This document shows positions 12,764 through 43,457 of a stretch of DNA of 64,000 bases, one piece after another (the stretch's first letter is position 1; each line of letters opens with the position of its first letter). This stretch comes from Botryllus schlosseri. Taxonomy: Eukaryota. Position numbers and translations under genes: made by a program. Where the stretch lies: positions 3,908,001-3,972,000 of the forward strand of contig CM119372.1 of assembly GCA_051294905.1 (NCBI GenBank), given 5' to 3'. Under the pieces are notes generated by a model. It was not told the origin of the DNA. It did no database searches and worked only from the letters and a program-made list of their open reading frames with translations.

Positions 12764-13625
12764 GGCACTTCTTCGTTATTCCCCACACATCCAGAAGTGA
12801 TCACCATGAAACCAATAAATGATTCCCATGAACATGTGAAATTTTATAGACGTCAAAATGAATTGTTTTTCGCGTTGGGGTGGGATAGACGGATATTAGG
12901 GTTGAGGAGAGGGGAGATATTAGGGTTGGGGGAGAGGGGGATGTTAGGGTTAGGAGGGTTAGGGTTAGGTTAGGGTTAGGGGAGGTGGGATATTAGGGTT
13001 AGGGGTTTGGTTAGGGTTAGGGGAGGTGGAATATTAGGGTTAGTGGAGGTGGGATAGTAGGGTTAGGGGAGGTGGGATATTAGGGTTAGGGGACGTGAAT
13101 ATTAGGGTTGGGGGAGAGGGTGATGTTAGGGGAGGCGGGATTTAGGGTTGGAGAGAGGGGGATGTTAGGGTTGGGGAGAGGGGTGATATTAGGGTTGGAG
13201 AAGAGGGTTAGGGACATGATATCCCACCTCCCCTAACCCTAATCATAACCCTAACCTAACCCTAATATCCCACCTCCCCTAACCCTAATATCCCACCTCC
13301 CCTAACCCTAATATTCCACCTCCCCTAACCCTAATATCCCACCTCCCCTAACCCTAATCATAACCCTAACATCCCCCTCTCCCCCAACCCTAATATCTCC
13401 CCTCTCCTCAACCCTAATATCCCCCTCACGTAACCCTAATATCCCCCTCTCCCCCAACCCTAATATCTCCCCTCTCCTCAACCCTAATATCCGTCTATCC
13501 CACCCCAACGCGAAAAACAATTCATTTTGACGTTTATAAATTTTTCTGTTTATGTTCATGGGGAAACATTTATTGGTGTCATGGGGATCATTTTTTCGAT
13601 GTGTGGGGAATAACGAAGAAGTGCC
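12764..13625. mobile_element. Foldback MITE with inverted telomere-like (TTAGGG-variant) arrays
   Basis: TIR GGCACTTCTTCGTTATTCCCCACACATC...GATGTGTGGGGAATAACGAAGAAGTGCC; perfect 8-bp TSD GTATAATG (12756-12763, 13626-13633). G-rich array ~12896-13213, C-rich mirror ~13221-13490. Confidence 0.9.
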
Positions 13626-14326
13626 GTATAATGAAGGTGTTTATGATGATTAAGTTAGCATCAATATGATATATTATGGAAGTATCGGCATATCACTTTC
13701 GGCCACCAAGTTTTAATCTGTATTCTGTACTCTGTAGTCAGTCAAAAACACCACAAGAACAGAACAAGATTGTCAAGATTGATATAATGCATAGATAGGA
13801 GGTTGTCGAAACGACTTTGGAGTTATCTTTTTATCAGAGCTAACCTAGAGGACGTAAAGAGGCACGCACACTGACAGGAAATTTGCAGAAGACAACATAA
13901 AAATGGCAAGGAGATGAAAATGAATGTGGTACTCTACTATGAGCCATCCTAATTGAAAAAGGGTCTGAAAATGCAGTTAATTTATTGATGGATTATATTC
14001 ATCCATATTTGACATATCCCCAAACAAGTAATGGGGATTGTGCAATGTTTGTATCGTACTTCCTTGTCCGCTGTTCACTTAGACAAATTTTGCAAATTAA
14101 ATGGATTTAAAACGGCCTGGGGAAATATGCTAAGCAAGAAGAATTACTTTTGTCTGTAGCATCAATATTTTTAGACGATGGAGATACAAGGAACTGCAAC
14201 ATTCTAGAGTTAGCATCACCATTTAATAACCAAACAATCATTTTGTTGCGTCGACTGCTAGAGCTAGTACTAGATAGCTCAGTTGGAAATGCCAATTTAC
14301 AGGAAACGTATAAAGTAACTAATATA

Positions 14327-15591
14327 CAGAGGTGGTCAGAGTAGTTCAAAAAGCTACTCAAGTAGAAGCAGAACTAGCGATGAAAAAAATCCACAAGTAC
14401 CAGTAGAAGTACTTCTATAAGCAACCTAAATCTACTTGAAGTAGAACTAGAATTGACTGACTTTGAATCTACTCAAGTATGTAATTAGTTGTAAAAACGA
14501 TAGTAATTCGTTCGCATGGATTGCCAAAAGGTGCAAATTGAGCTATGCAAAAGGTGCAGAGCTTGATTCACATTGATGCACACCAACAGGCATCCAATCT
14601 TCGACAGCATAAGCATTCGTCCACATCATTGAATGAAAATGCTAGTATTGATATGGAAATGCGATACTTATCATCTGTTCACTCGAACAGCCTGCTTTAG
14701 AAAATATCATGGTATAGCGCCGTCCCCCATATTATAAGGCCTGTAGTTAAGTCGAAGAGCAATACAGAGAAGTTGTATAGGATACGGTGTAAACACTTTG
14801 CACGATTAGTAAACGTTGATAAAAAATATGGTGGAGCGTGTAAATCCCATATTGTGTAGCTTTATTTCCGGAAATTAAAGTCATTGCTACACTTTCTCCT
14901 GTACTTCAACATGTATGTTCTCCAGTCAGAAGAAGTGAAACTAATTAGAGCTCAAAGTATGATACTGGGAATTGAAAGAGAATTATATAAACTACTTCTA
15001 AAAGCGGAAAATGTATTTCATGCCTTTAGTCCAGACAATTTCAAAGGTGGTATGCTAAAACAGGCCTAAAGCTAAAAAAACAGTCAGAGTCCACTTTTCC
15101 AGATTAGGACACGCCGTGGACTGCTACATTACGATATGATTAGTAAATGCTAGATTAATGGTGTGATGGGCCATTTATGCTGTGATGAAATATTTCATAT
15201 GGGCGACAATGCGGTGTGAACGGAACCACGCAACGTGCTACCTAAATTATAATCACCGATGCTTTTGTGAAATCATACTGGTCACTCCATATCAACTGAT
15301 GTGCGCGAAACGCGACGAAAATTCTGGGCTTTACTCAACTTTTATGAAAATGAAATCTTGATTGTCCTTGAAACCAGCCCCGAAATTCCTCAGGCTATCT
15401 TTCTGATTAGAGGATTAAACTACTTCTACTTGACAAACCGAAAAATAGCGAAAAGTAAGTAGCCTACATCAAAAAATATTACGAAGTAGAAGTAGCGGGA
15501 AATTTGATCGACTTGAGTAAGTACCCAAGTAGCAGAAAACTACTTGAAGTACTTCAAAAAAGTAGAAGTACTTCGTTACTGACCACCTCTG
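14327..15591. mobile_element. Non-autonomous hAT element with AAGTAG/CTACTT subterminal repeats
   Basis: TIR CAGAGGTGGTCAG...CTGACCACCTCTG; perfect TSD CTAATATA. An inverted homologous copy lies at 58753-60468. Confidence 0.9.
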
Positions 15592-17739
15592 CTAATATAA
15601 TATGCATCATCTCCTTCACTGTATACCTGTCTACTGATGTCAGACTGAGACTAATATATTTGAATGATATATAAGGGACCCACGGTCAATTGCTGCGGCT
15701 AACGCTGTCTAGTTTCAATTCTTTGGTCCTGCTAACAGTTGAGCTATATAATCAATTGTTTGAAATATCAATGATGAAACATAGTGTGGGCTGTTTTGAC
15801 AAATATGTAACAATGCAAGTGTAGCGTCATCTGCAAACGTTTGAGGTTCACAGTTAACAGTTGAAGCATGCTTCAATGCTTTGTAGTTTTAGACGGATTG
15901 TAATAAATGAAAACCTATGAAAATCTGCTATCACATGAATATATGCAGTTTTATGATGAAAAAGAGTTAGGATAAAGGCTAAGCAAATTAAGTAGACTGC
16001 AAAAAAGAACTGCATAGTTACTGATCACACTTTTGTGAGTGTCTTTGTTAGTATGGGTCATATTTTTCATCACTTTTGGAATCGCTAGTCAGTCGTTGAA
16101 ACCATATGAACTCAACTCTTCCATGTTGAGTAGCTATCTTTAAAAGAGAACTGACTGTTCAATGTTGTGTATCACTGGTATATATTGCCGTGTTCCAATG
16201 GATTGAATTGCTCTTGCTCCTCACAAACTCGAGTTCAGTATCAGGTAAAGCACGTCAGTGTGGCTACTGCTGCTGCTCGAGTTGAACTTCTGATGCTGAT
16301 TTGTACCTAAGTAGTATAACTATAGTTATCATAAAAGGCTTCACAATCTGAGAAGGCAGGCCAAAACTACTTGAAGTTGTGGTACCGATTTTTCATTTGT
16401 CACTCACCTGGTCCAACTCTTGCAAAAATCCCCATCTGCGAGTTTGACTAGTATAGACTGGCAACTGGTGCTGCAAATGCTTGCAATTTCTAAACTATAT
16501 TACACGATTCAGACGCAGCTTTATGCTGCACACGCACAGTGGTCCGATTACTTTTCTAACACGGATTTTTGCGGATCCAAATTTTTCAACTGCAATAACT
16601 ACGCTTCTACGGGCTAGAAGTAAGCAAAAATTGTTCAGCATCGTTTTTTTCGACGACGTTACAATTTCATGGGGTTGACAGTAAGATTTGAAAAAATCTA
16701 TTTAATTTTTTTTAATAAATTCAAAATTTTCAAACTCCTGTGCGTTCACATTTACCAGTTGGAATCGAGACAAATTTGTTGTGCAGCGTTTTTTAGGCAA
16801 CCTAACAGTTGAATCAGTGAATCCCCAGAATCCAGAAAAACAGTTATTTTTGAACAACCCGACTGACCAGACATTCTCATGATGCGAAAGATCGCGAAGC
16901 GAGCAGGACGGCGGGTCTTTGAAACAGTGTTCAACACCTCAGCTTATTACATGAAGAGCGCGTGAACAATGATATCAAAACGCAAACTAATTACAAACAT
17001 TGGAATCAGCATGGGTTCAGTTATTAATATATCCAAAGGCCGTGGGAGAAAAATCATATTTTAGCAGGTCTTCAGATTGCTTTTAGTTTAAAATTAATAT
17101 AGTTCTTGATACGGTATCGGTAAATGCGATCGCTGCGATAAAATTACTTCGATATGACCAGGCGCGATTACGTACTTCTCCGCTGAGGTGTATCTAAAGT
17201 TATAAGCCAATCATTTTGCGCGATATTCTACTGTGGGCTGAATCCATATCCGAAGCCCACCTGTTAGAACCGCGGAGCGTCTTGAATTTCTGATAATTGC
17301 CTCACGTTTTGAAACGAACGATGATAGCACTTGAAGCGATTCGGTTTCCTGGCTTGAGAATATCACTTGAAAGTTCTGCTGAAGATTGGTGCTTTGTCAT
17401 GAGGGTGAAGTTTATCCTTCTTGTAAAACATGCGCATAAAATGGTTCAAGCCAGGACTATTAATATTCGAATCGACGAGATGAAAGAGCATCCGAACCGA
17501 TATATTATCCTTCTTATCAGCACGTGCGATCTTAAAGTATTTGCCACGCTGGATACAGCGGGAGTATTCGACAAAGTGAACGCGCAGCCAGTAGTTGAGA
17601 TAGTCTATCAAGATTGATTTGGTGTAGTCACACTAGAACCAAGATGATTCATCGCGGTATTGCGATTATTAGCCTCCTCTCCTGGTGCCTAGATCGATAC
17701 ATCTTGCATCGTATCAGTGTACTAAAAATGTTATCATTT

Positions 17740-18115
17740 CAAAACACCACAATACTGCGATACAATGAATAGATAGGAAGGGGTCGAAACGACTTGGAGT
17801 AGTCTTTCTAATCAGACATCCACCTTAGCCTAGGCGATGTAAAGTGGAGGCATGCACTACACACACTGAATGAAAAGTAAAAGAAGATAACATAAAAGAA
17901 CGAGTGACAAAATGATGTGGCATGTGACGGAATACGAGATCGATATGTCAGATCGTCCGGTAATCGTGAAAACGGACTAGTATTTTTTCAGTCGAAGCTG
18001 CTTGTATTTCGACTTGAATGTAGATAATGCTCGACGACCGTCGGATAGCCGGCGACATAATATGTCCCACACTTCGGGTCCGGGTATAATATCTTACAGA
18101 GCGATAATGTTTTGC
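17740..18115 (-). mobile_element. LINE 3'-end fragment (same family as 5015-5647)
   Basis: Shares CACCTT(A/G)GCCTAGGCGATGTAAA and CTTGTATTTCGACTTGAATG with 5015-5647. Shorter tails at ~12330-12450, ~13740-13925, ~19518-19570, ~41276-41460 and ~55770-55925. Confidence 0.75.
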
Positions 18116-20273
18116 AATTAGCGGCGTTTTCTTATTGCGGAGTACGGACATTTGCTGCTAACAGTCTCGGCTTCCCAAATTAAGCCTAAATATGAATGTA
18201 GTCTCGAGGTAGAGACACACAGCTATAAGTTACCATAATGGAATGATGAAAATGCTATTGTTTTCGAAAAATGAAGTTGATACCATCTTTAACACGTTTA
18301 GACGTCCGTCAAAGGATGAACATGACACCTTTACGCGTCAGATAGTAAACATTATAAGTGCCTTGCAGGTGTATGAGTAAATGTGAGTCAAACTATTGAT
18401 AAGGCCTTTATGTCCGGCAAATATCGGTTCGATTGTTAGCTTATTTCAGTAGCAGCTGCCATGACATGAAAAGATTGAAAAGGAATGCGCGATTGTTTCG
18501 TTAATTCAAGCTTCGATTCCGTATAAGCGAGCGAGCCTGAAACATGACGTAATCCCTGAGCTATGTATAATATAATGTGGTAATATTGTTCAGGACGGTG
18601 TTTTATGTACCGACTCAGCCGATGAATCTATTTGCTCACACGGGTCAGAATTTTGTGCGTTCGTTGAGTATGTTAGCTTACACCGAACCTCAACCTGGTT
18701 ACAAGATTTCTCTACAGCCCATGAAGATCAGCAATTCAGCATTTACTACGAGGGTATAGAAAAGTTAGCGAGTCACCTGTTCGTGCGTGACCTGACAAGT
18801 TCGTCTGAGAAATGAACCAGGCGTCCGGAATACGTTTGTAGCATTGAATTTTACTCTTGAGGAAGCGTGTTACCGATAAGTTGACCCGAGTTATTCAAGT
18901 AATACTTCATCACGGCCAGCGAGATGTTAGTATTATTTTCTGTTTCGTTGAAATCTTGTGAAACGCTGTGCTGAGGCAGAAAGACGTGCGTAATGACCAG
19001 GCATATTCTAATATTCGCAGCGTTTTTGTCGGAGCGTTTCTAGACTCCACGCGATACGATTCAAATGTAACAGATTTAACACTGAGCTACTCCAAGGATT
19101 TGGACAACTAGAAAATTTTCAGCTGTTTCAAATTATATTACAATTAGAATTACTGACTTCGCCAAAACTTGGAAAGTGAAATGAATTACGAATTGGAATT
19201 GAATACAACAGAAGTTCATTTCATCAAGTTCTGTTCATTACAAATCAGTTCATTCGATCTCGTAAGCATGAGATGACCAAAGGCTGCACGCCAAGTTTGT
19301 CCCGTTTCGCCCTGTAGCGTTTTCAGGATAACCAGAAATTATATTTAGAGGTAAAATTTGAGCATAGAAACACTTCACAAATTACAATGAATTGAGATTA
19401 CCGACATTTCGCTCTGATTACTTATTTATGATAACGGTATCTAGTTAAGTTATGATTATCTGTATTGTTAATTATATCCAGTAAAGCAGAAGGTCACGCT
19501 GTTGGGGTTGAACCAGCATCATCATCATCATCGGTTTATTAGCAATGTGATCAGTTCAATACACCACAAACCGTGTTGCCGTTTTTTATGTTTTATTAGA
19601 AGTGACATCTCAGACAGCTAATCCGCCGCGATCAATTTCTTTTTCATTCACATCAGTCGGATACGAGTGCTTTAGAAAGAAACATAGCATAATTCAGTAT
19701 CGAGATGGACAGTATTACATGGCGACGCGTCAATGCTTTCAGTTCGATGCGTTCTACTTCCAATTTCACCTTAACGATTCTAGTATTTTTTGTTCATATT
19801 TCGATTAAATTGCGTCATTTCTATTGAATGGAAAGATCGCGGTACGGTTCAATCGAGTTATGCGAGGTATAGCGGACATCCGGTCCTAATTTCTTCTTAC
19901 CGCCGGTACACACTGCGCTTCTAATATTAGAATTGTAGCACACCTACGGCTATCGATTATCATTCAAAGAGGTAATTTCTTTCTAGTTTGTGATGGGTGT
20001 AGATTTGTCATAGCTTTGTCCGTGGGAATGTGGGCGACCGGCGACGGTTTTGCTGAGCTATTGAAGTTGACAATGAAACTCAGCCCGTCTGTACTTTACA
20101 AGCACCCTTCACATTTCAGTATTGTTGTCGAGTCCAGTTGTAGGAGCCTTGCATGTTCTCAAGCACGTTGTTCAAATACCGGGCCCTATCTGATTCTGTT
20201 ATTGATTTAGCGATAACCAACTGGAATAATACATAAGAGTATTAGCACCGCACGCATCATGATGATTTGTACC

Positions 20274-20689
20274 TAGGTTTGCATTTAAAACAATAATCAA
20301 TTTAAAACAAACATGTTTAAAGCGAGCCCCTTATTTAAAACATGTTTTTTATTGTTCATATTTTTAAGTAATGACGTCACGAATATTCGAGTGTGACGTC
20401 ATAGTGGATTGACACTAACAATTGAAAATATGGGGTAAATATAGCTCCTTTGACGAAATATCTGTACTGTAACTGTTGAAACGACTATTTTGAGGGTTCC
20501 AAACATACCGTATCGAAATACGTCGGCTAAATTGGGTGGTAATTGTCCGTAGGCTCATACAACATGTTTTTTAGAAATTATTTACACAATTATGGCATAA
20601 TTTTACGACTTGAAAAAAAAGCACGATTTTTTCAACAGGCCTTTGTTTGAAACACTGTTTAAAACATGTTTGTTTTGAATGCAACCCTT
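20274..20689. mobile_element. hAT-type MITE (TAGGGTTGCATTCAAAACAA family)
   Basis: Inverted termini, homologous to 24428-24826; no TSD recognisable here. Confidence 0.65.
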
Positions 20690-20729
20690 TACCCAATAGT
20701 GTGTTCGGATTGATGGAATACCAAGTTCA

Positions 20730-20965
20730 GTTCTTATGAAATCAGAAATCATCCTCGTGAGCAAGAGAATGACAAATCTCTGCACACCAAGCTTGGCTCG
20801 TTTCACACTATACAGTTCTCCTGTAGCATTTTCAGGAAAACCAAAAATTGTATTGGAATTTAAATTACAATATACAAACATTCCTCAAATTTGATTAGAA
20901 TTAAGTCACCGACATTTCTCTGTAATTAGATAATTAGTCTATTAGACAACTTGAACTATCTTGTT
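20730..20965. repeat. Dispersed unclassified repeat (AAGCTTGGCTCGTTTC...GAACTATCTTGT family)
   Basis: Similar tracts at ~19100-19470, ~22770-23130, ~24315-25160 (interrupted) and ~42870-44450 (interrupted by MITEs). Confidence 0.65.
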
Positions 20966-20967
20966 GC

Positions 20968-21035
20968 CCAGGTCCGGATCCCCGGCCGGGTCACATAGAA
21001 GACTTGATCATAAAACTGGTATCTATCGCTTTCCC
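20968..21035 (+). mobile_element. Possible tRNA-derived SINE fragment
   Basis: GGTCCGGATCCCGGCCGGGTCACATAGAAGACTT...AAAACTGGTATCTATCGCTTTCCCT resembles a B-box plus the core of widespread metazoan SINEs. Recognised from memory only. Confidence 0.35.
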
Positions 21036-23281
21036 TCTAAAATATTGGTGCCAACTCGATAACCTTGCTCTTCCTTCGCGCCTCCAACGGCCAAGCACAT
21101 CGATATTCTGTCTTTCTTGAGCGAATAAAATCGTGCGACAAATTAGCAATGTTAAATGGCAATGGATCTGTATATGAATTCTTGTGAAACACCATTTCCA
21201 GCTTTAATGATGCGAGCATTATACTATTGTGGGAGGCCTGTAATGAACGAAAGCAATGTTCTTACGTCAGCGTAGCGCACCACGACGGAGTAGGAAGGTT
21301 TGTGAATCACTCTACTGATAAATTTTTCGAATGCCGCAACGTGTCGCGCGCAAGCCTTGATCTGCAACTCGCGTCTCCTCGATGACGAGACAGACCCAAG
21401 AATTGATTAGCGTGCATAGCGTGGAAAATTGATTGGTTGCGCGTCAATTATTGATAATATTATTCCCCTTTTCCACCGCAATTATATGAAATTATGGTAA
21501 GCCCAAAGGAATATAGACTTCTCAAATTGACCAACGCTCTGTTCGGGAGAGCCACCGTTTCGCTTTAATGCGCGTTGCTGTTCAAAGTGAATTGTTAGCA
21601 ATGAACCAAATAGCCCGCCAAGTCTGAAAGTCCACATTTTGCAAACAATCGCAGCGATGCAACGTTCATTGTTATGGTAATTGTGTTGCGGGATACAATT
21701 GTTTGGAACACTGCATATTTTCAGACTTCGAGGGCTATTTCGAGGTGGCATTTTTTAACCTTTTTGGCAAGAGGCGAAGCTGACCATTGACCAAATGTAA
21801 ATAGCGACGTGAAACCGCGGCCTCGCGAGTAGGCTTTCTGGTGTGTCGAAAAGACCAACAATTGACCTTCTCGTTAACCATTGATAACGGTCGTGGCGAG
21901 ATCAGGCGAGAAAACTCGATCGGTACCGGACAAAGCATAACACGCGAAAATATCGAAGGCAAATCGCGCGAAGCAAGAAAAACGTCAGGGTATCGAATAA
22001 ATTATGTCGCAACATTCAAGTGCAAAGTCATGAGATGCATATTTAAATAACCTTAGCGTGATTTTGCCGCAGGTTGCACATGCACAATGCGCACTCCGGG
22101 CCTACGCTATACCGATGTCTATTGTCTATTAATACACGATCACGTTGCAAAACAGGAAGTCGTTCCCACATCTACTGCGTTCCAGACGCAGCGTAACATG
22201 CAATAGGTCTCGAGAAATGAATTTCCGGACGATTTCGTCTGCATGATATTGATAGCATGTGCATTGTGCAACCGATGAAATCTCATTCGGGTTCTGTCAA
22301 AGATTGGTTTCCCATTGAATAAAACTTGTCATAAACATCAATTAAACAATGATGACTGATATTTATTGGGGCTGGAGGGCATTAACCGGTTGTACATAAA
22401 TCGGTCTTAGAGTTAAAAAAAAATACTGCACATTGCCGTCTTATGTCCTGGCCATAGGCTATACTGGCCTACTGCTGTAACCCGAAAACAACTCCCAGTT
22501 CACACATGTCATCGAAGGAAATATACCATGCTTCTGTCGCCGCTAGGAATCGAATCTTGTGTTGTTTTAAAAAGAACTGCAGTGTCACGTTGTTTTCCAA
22601 CGTGACGTGAATATTTTTAACAACATAATGTTGTAATACGAGCGTCGTTATCCGTGAATTTGTTGCTTAGCTATTGCAGCATTAGCAATAATCAGCTTTC
22701 AACAACTATTTGTCGCAGCCTCGAGATACCTCATCAGGATACCTTGAATATCATGTTAATAACAGTTGAACAACTGGAAAATTTTCGGCTTCTCCGAATT
22801 AGATTAGCATTATTATAATAGCGACACTGTTTTTTCCAAATTAGATTGGAATTATAATTACTGAATTCGCAAAAACATGGAAATTGAATTCAATTCCGCA
22901 GTAGAAAGAACTAGAATTAAAAGGAAGTCAAGTTCATATAAAGTTAGAATTCATTCTCATAAATATGAGAATAGTAAATGTTTGTACGCCAAGCTTGACC
23001 AATGACCATAGCCTACTAGTAGGCCATGGCTTGACTCGTTTCGTCCTATACAGTGCTCCGCAGGTGAATCAGAAATTAGATTAGAATCAAAATCAGCATA
23101 GCAACATTTCACAAATCATATCAGAATTAGATTACCACCACTAGGATTTTCTAGTCCAAGTCTGCCTTGAATATGACAGCACTGATCTCGATACGCATCG
23201 TTGCAGCATATCCAGTTCTGTTTTTTGATAACAGAAAAGCCATGGTCGCGTGTTATAACATTAAGATTACGATGGATGTAA

Positions 23282-40303
<17,022 letters not shown>

Positions 40304-42183
40304 AATCCAAGTGCGACGGCATAAAACTTCGAGTATTCCACCTGTAAACTGCAATCTCACAACTTCATTACCAATTCCTGCGTCAATATGTGTTACAATT
40401 ACGATTCCGCTCCATTTTCTCTTCATAGCTTGCTTATTCTATAGAGGTGCAATTTATATTTGTAAGCTGCATTGGTTAGAAGTGTTGAACTTGATCTTTG
40501 CTGCACTTCATTCGGTCATTCGACTTGCTGGAAATGCTTCAATTATTCCACTGTGTTATTGCTCAAGTATTATCTTGTCTAGTTGAAGAGATCGATTCAG
40601 TTAATAAGTGCTACGTAGCAGCAGCTACGATCTGTAGGCGTTCTTTGTGTGATTCTTTGCTTTTTTCATTTTGTTGCCTTTGTCGTTTCAGCCGCCTGTT
40701 ATGCGAAATATATATATTTGTGAGTCAAGGTTTTGTAATCACATTTAGCCTATGTGATAAATAGGGAGCGTCTGATGCAGTGTATCACTGGAATTCGAAT
40801 AATAAATTAAACAGTTATTTTTCAACAACCCTTATGGACATACTGATACATACATTGTTATGTAATCTTTCTATCGAATGTGACTCGCATTCGATAATCT
40901 TTCATTAAAACTACTGAACCTTTTGCTACACCGGGGAGTCATTAGTGTAGCGATATCGACATCAAAGTAACAGATATTACAAAGTTAATAGAAGACAAAA
41001 ACGGAAGTTGACCTACAGCAAAGATTTGCTTTATTTTTCATTCATCACTCACGGCGTCGGGATGCAAAAGCTACAGTGCTTTTTATGGTATGAACGTAAT
41101 TGCCAATGGAAGCATACAGCAGCAATTTGTTTTTTACAATCTGCGATTTAGCAAGGTTACACCGATGGTGTGTAATTTTTTGATTTAAGAAACCCATATG
41201 ATGCTTCGACAGGAAGCTTTCGAGATGTGATAAAGCCGTGCTTCGGTGAAGTTCCAGCTTTCTCGAATCCAACTTCATCATTCATCATCATTGGTTTATT
41301 AGCAATTTTATCAGTTCAATACACCACAAAAAATGCGATACAATGAAAAGAAAGGAAGATGTCGAAGCAACTAGGAGTTGTCTATGGAATCGGACACCCA
41401 CCTTGGCCTAGGCGACGTAAAGAGGAGGCATGCACACTGAATGAAAGTAAAGAAGATAGTAATAGTAACATGTCCGTAACATGTAAATATGTTTTCATTT
41501 GGGATGGGCCATGATGTTATTGAGATAGATTGAGTTGAGATGTAGTAAAAAGATTAAATAGGATTGTATTTTATTGCTTTGTATTATACAGTTTGAAAAT
41601 TCAATTGTCTCTGTCCAAAGGTTTTCCACGCAAACCCCAAAACCGTTTAGGCGTCGTGAAGTCCCGTGCTGACAATGCCGACATCGCCAATTTATTTGCA
41701 CCCCCGAACCCTGCGAAAACTTGTCTACTTGTTGATTCGAAAGCTTTGTGCAGTGCAGCCACAGGTTCTCCGGTGACGCGAGATTATGTGTGTATTTACC
41801 AGTTTTACTGTGATTAAAGAATATAATAATACCGTCAGTATGGGGTTATTGTTTCAGGACCCGAAGATAGAGAACAACCTTTCTGCGCTACTTCAGTAAA
41901 GCCTGATGAGTGATGACCGAGTTGCTTGTTCCAGTTGTTCCAAGCTTAGCAAAGCTGGGTAAACGAAAAGGGTCTTTTACTAATCGGAAGTCCCAAACAA
42001 AGACAGTGAATAATTACCTCGTTATTTTTATTGGTGCAAAAGCAATCAAAATTATATTGTCATTTGCATCTTCATTGCTTATGCCGTACGTGAATAACTG
42101 GGTTCACTGGCAAAGTGGCAACCGTCCTTTCATGTGCTGTGGCCATGCCACCATCGATAATGTTATACAGTAGGCTACGGCGG

Positions 42184-42682
42184 GATTACCAGTGAACTCA
42201 GCCTTACAAACTCTGCCCTCGGTGAACTCGGACCTCGGTGAACCCGGCCCTCGGTGAATTCCGCCCTCGGGAAATTTTGTATTCACCGGCAACCCTAATA
42301 TCCTACCTTCGGCGATCCTAATATCCCACCTCCGGCAACCCTAATATCCCACCTCCGGCAACCCTAATATCCCACCTCCACCAACCCTAATATCCCACCT
42401 CCGGCAACCCTAATATCCCACCTCCACCAACCCTAATATCCCACCTCCGCCAACCCTAATATTCCAGCTCCCAGCTTTAATTCTTGATAACTTGAATTGT
42501 TCGGGGGCGGAATTCACCGAGGTCCATAGTATTCGAGAAACACCATGAATACAACAAAACAAACAAGTAGAGTATGTGAGCGTCGCGTTATCTCCCCCGC
42601 TTACTCAATCCGTGAATACAAAATTTCCCGAGGGCCGAGTTTGTAAGGCTGGGTTCACCGAGGTCTGAGTTCACCGGCAACC
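42184..42682. mobile_element. MITE with an internal (AACCCTAATATCCCACCTCCGGC)n minisatellite
   Basis: Imperfect TIR GATTACCAGTGAACTCAG / CTGAGTTCACCGGCAACC; perfect TSD TACGGCGG (42176-42183, 42683-42690); about eight 23-bp units at ~42290-42470. Confidence 0.85.
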
Positions 42683-43020
42683 TACGGCGGTATAGTAACT
42701 TTTGCCTCCAAATTTGTTTTGACTCCTATATTTTGTCATTTTATCGCTCTCATGTATTCTGAAAAGATGAAATTAGTTATAAACGAAACAGAACCTGAAA
42801 ATAAATTCCTGCTGCGCTTTGAATTGATGCAATTAATAACAAAGTTGAACGAACCGCTTTCTTGATTCAAGTCTTTCCAAATTAGATTAGAATTACTTAA
42901 TTCGTGAAAATATGGAAATTGAATTAAATTTAAAATTAGAAACAAATCTGTTCATATCAAATCAGCGTTCATTATCATGCAAATGTTTGTACAACAAGCA
43001 TGGCTTGTTTCACTCTATAT

Positions 43021-43325
43021 CAGTGGTTCCCAACCTGGGGGGCGTGAAAGCATCTGAAGGGGGGCGCGAAGAGGCGGTCAACTGAAAAAAAATTTCTCGC
43101 TCTGCGCGATTTACCTCCAATACACGCGTGTTTCTCTCTATATATATAGACCGAATTTTATATTTTTAATTCTCTCATCAACAGTCATAACCTTCCATGC
43201 CATCAAACAATCTGTTTGGGTTGCTAGCATCCTGGTTAGATTTTGTGATATGCCGATAAGGGGGGCGCGAAATTTTTCACTATCATAAAGGGGGCTGTGT
43301 ATAAAAAAAGGTTAAGGAACCACTG
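43021..43325. mobile_element. Buster-type MITE
   Basis: CAGTGGTTCC...GGAACCACTG; perfect TSD CTCTATAT; sister copy at 43766-44047. Confidence 0.85.
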
Positions 43326-43457
43326 CTCTATATACGTCTCCTACAGCATTTTCAGGAAAACTAGGCATTAGTTAGGCCTAAGAATTGAATAAGAAGTATA
43401 GAAACATTTCACAAATTGGATTAGAATTATATTATCGGCATTTCCTTCTATCTATAG

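Noticed and set aside
12896..13490. True chromosome-end fusion site
   Set aside because: The arrays are enclosed by TIRs and a perfect TSD, and the units are ~23-bp variants rather than pure (TTAGGG)n.
18243..18815. Possible two-exon small ORF (MMKMLLFSKNEV...SALQ|DGVLCTDS...)
   Set aside because: Phase-compatible but weak splice sites and no recognisable homology; could be chance.
17270..20130. In-frame TGA codons read as selenocysteine or Trp recoding
   Set aside because: Frameshifts are also present and no SECIS was identified; decay is the simpler explanation.
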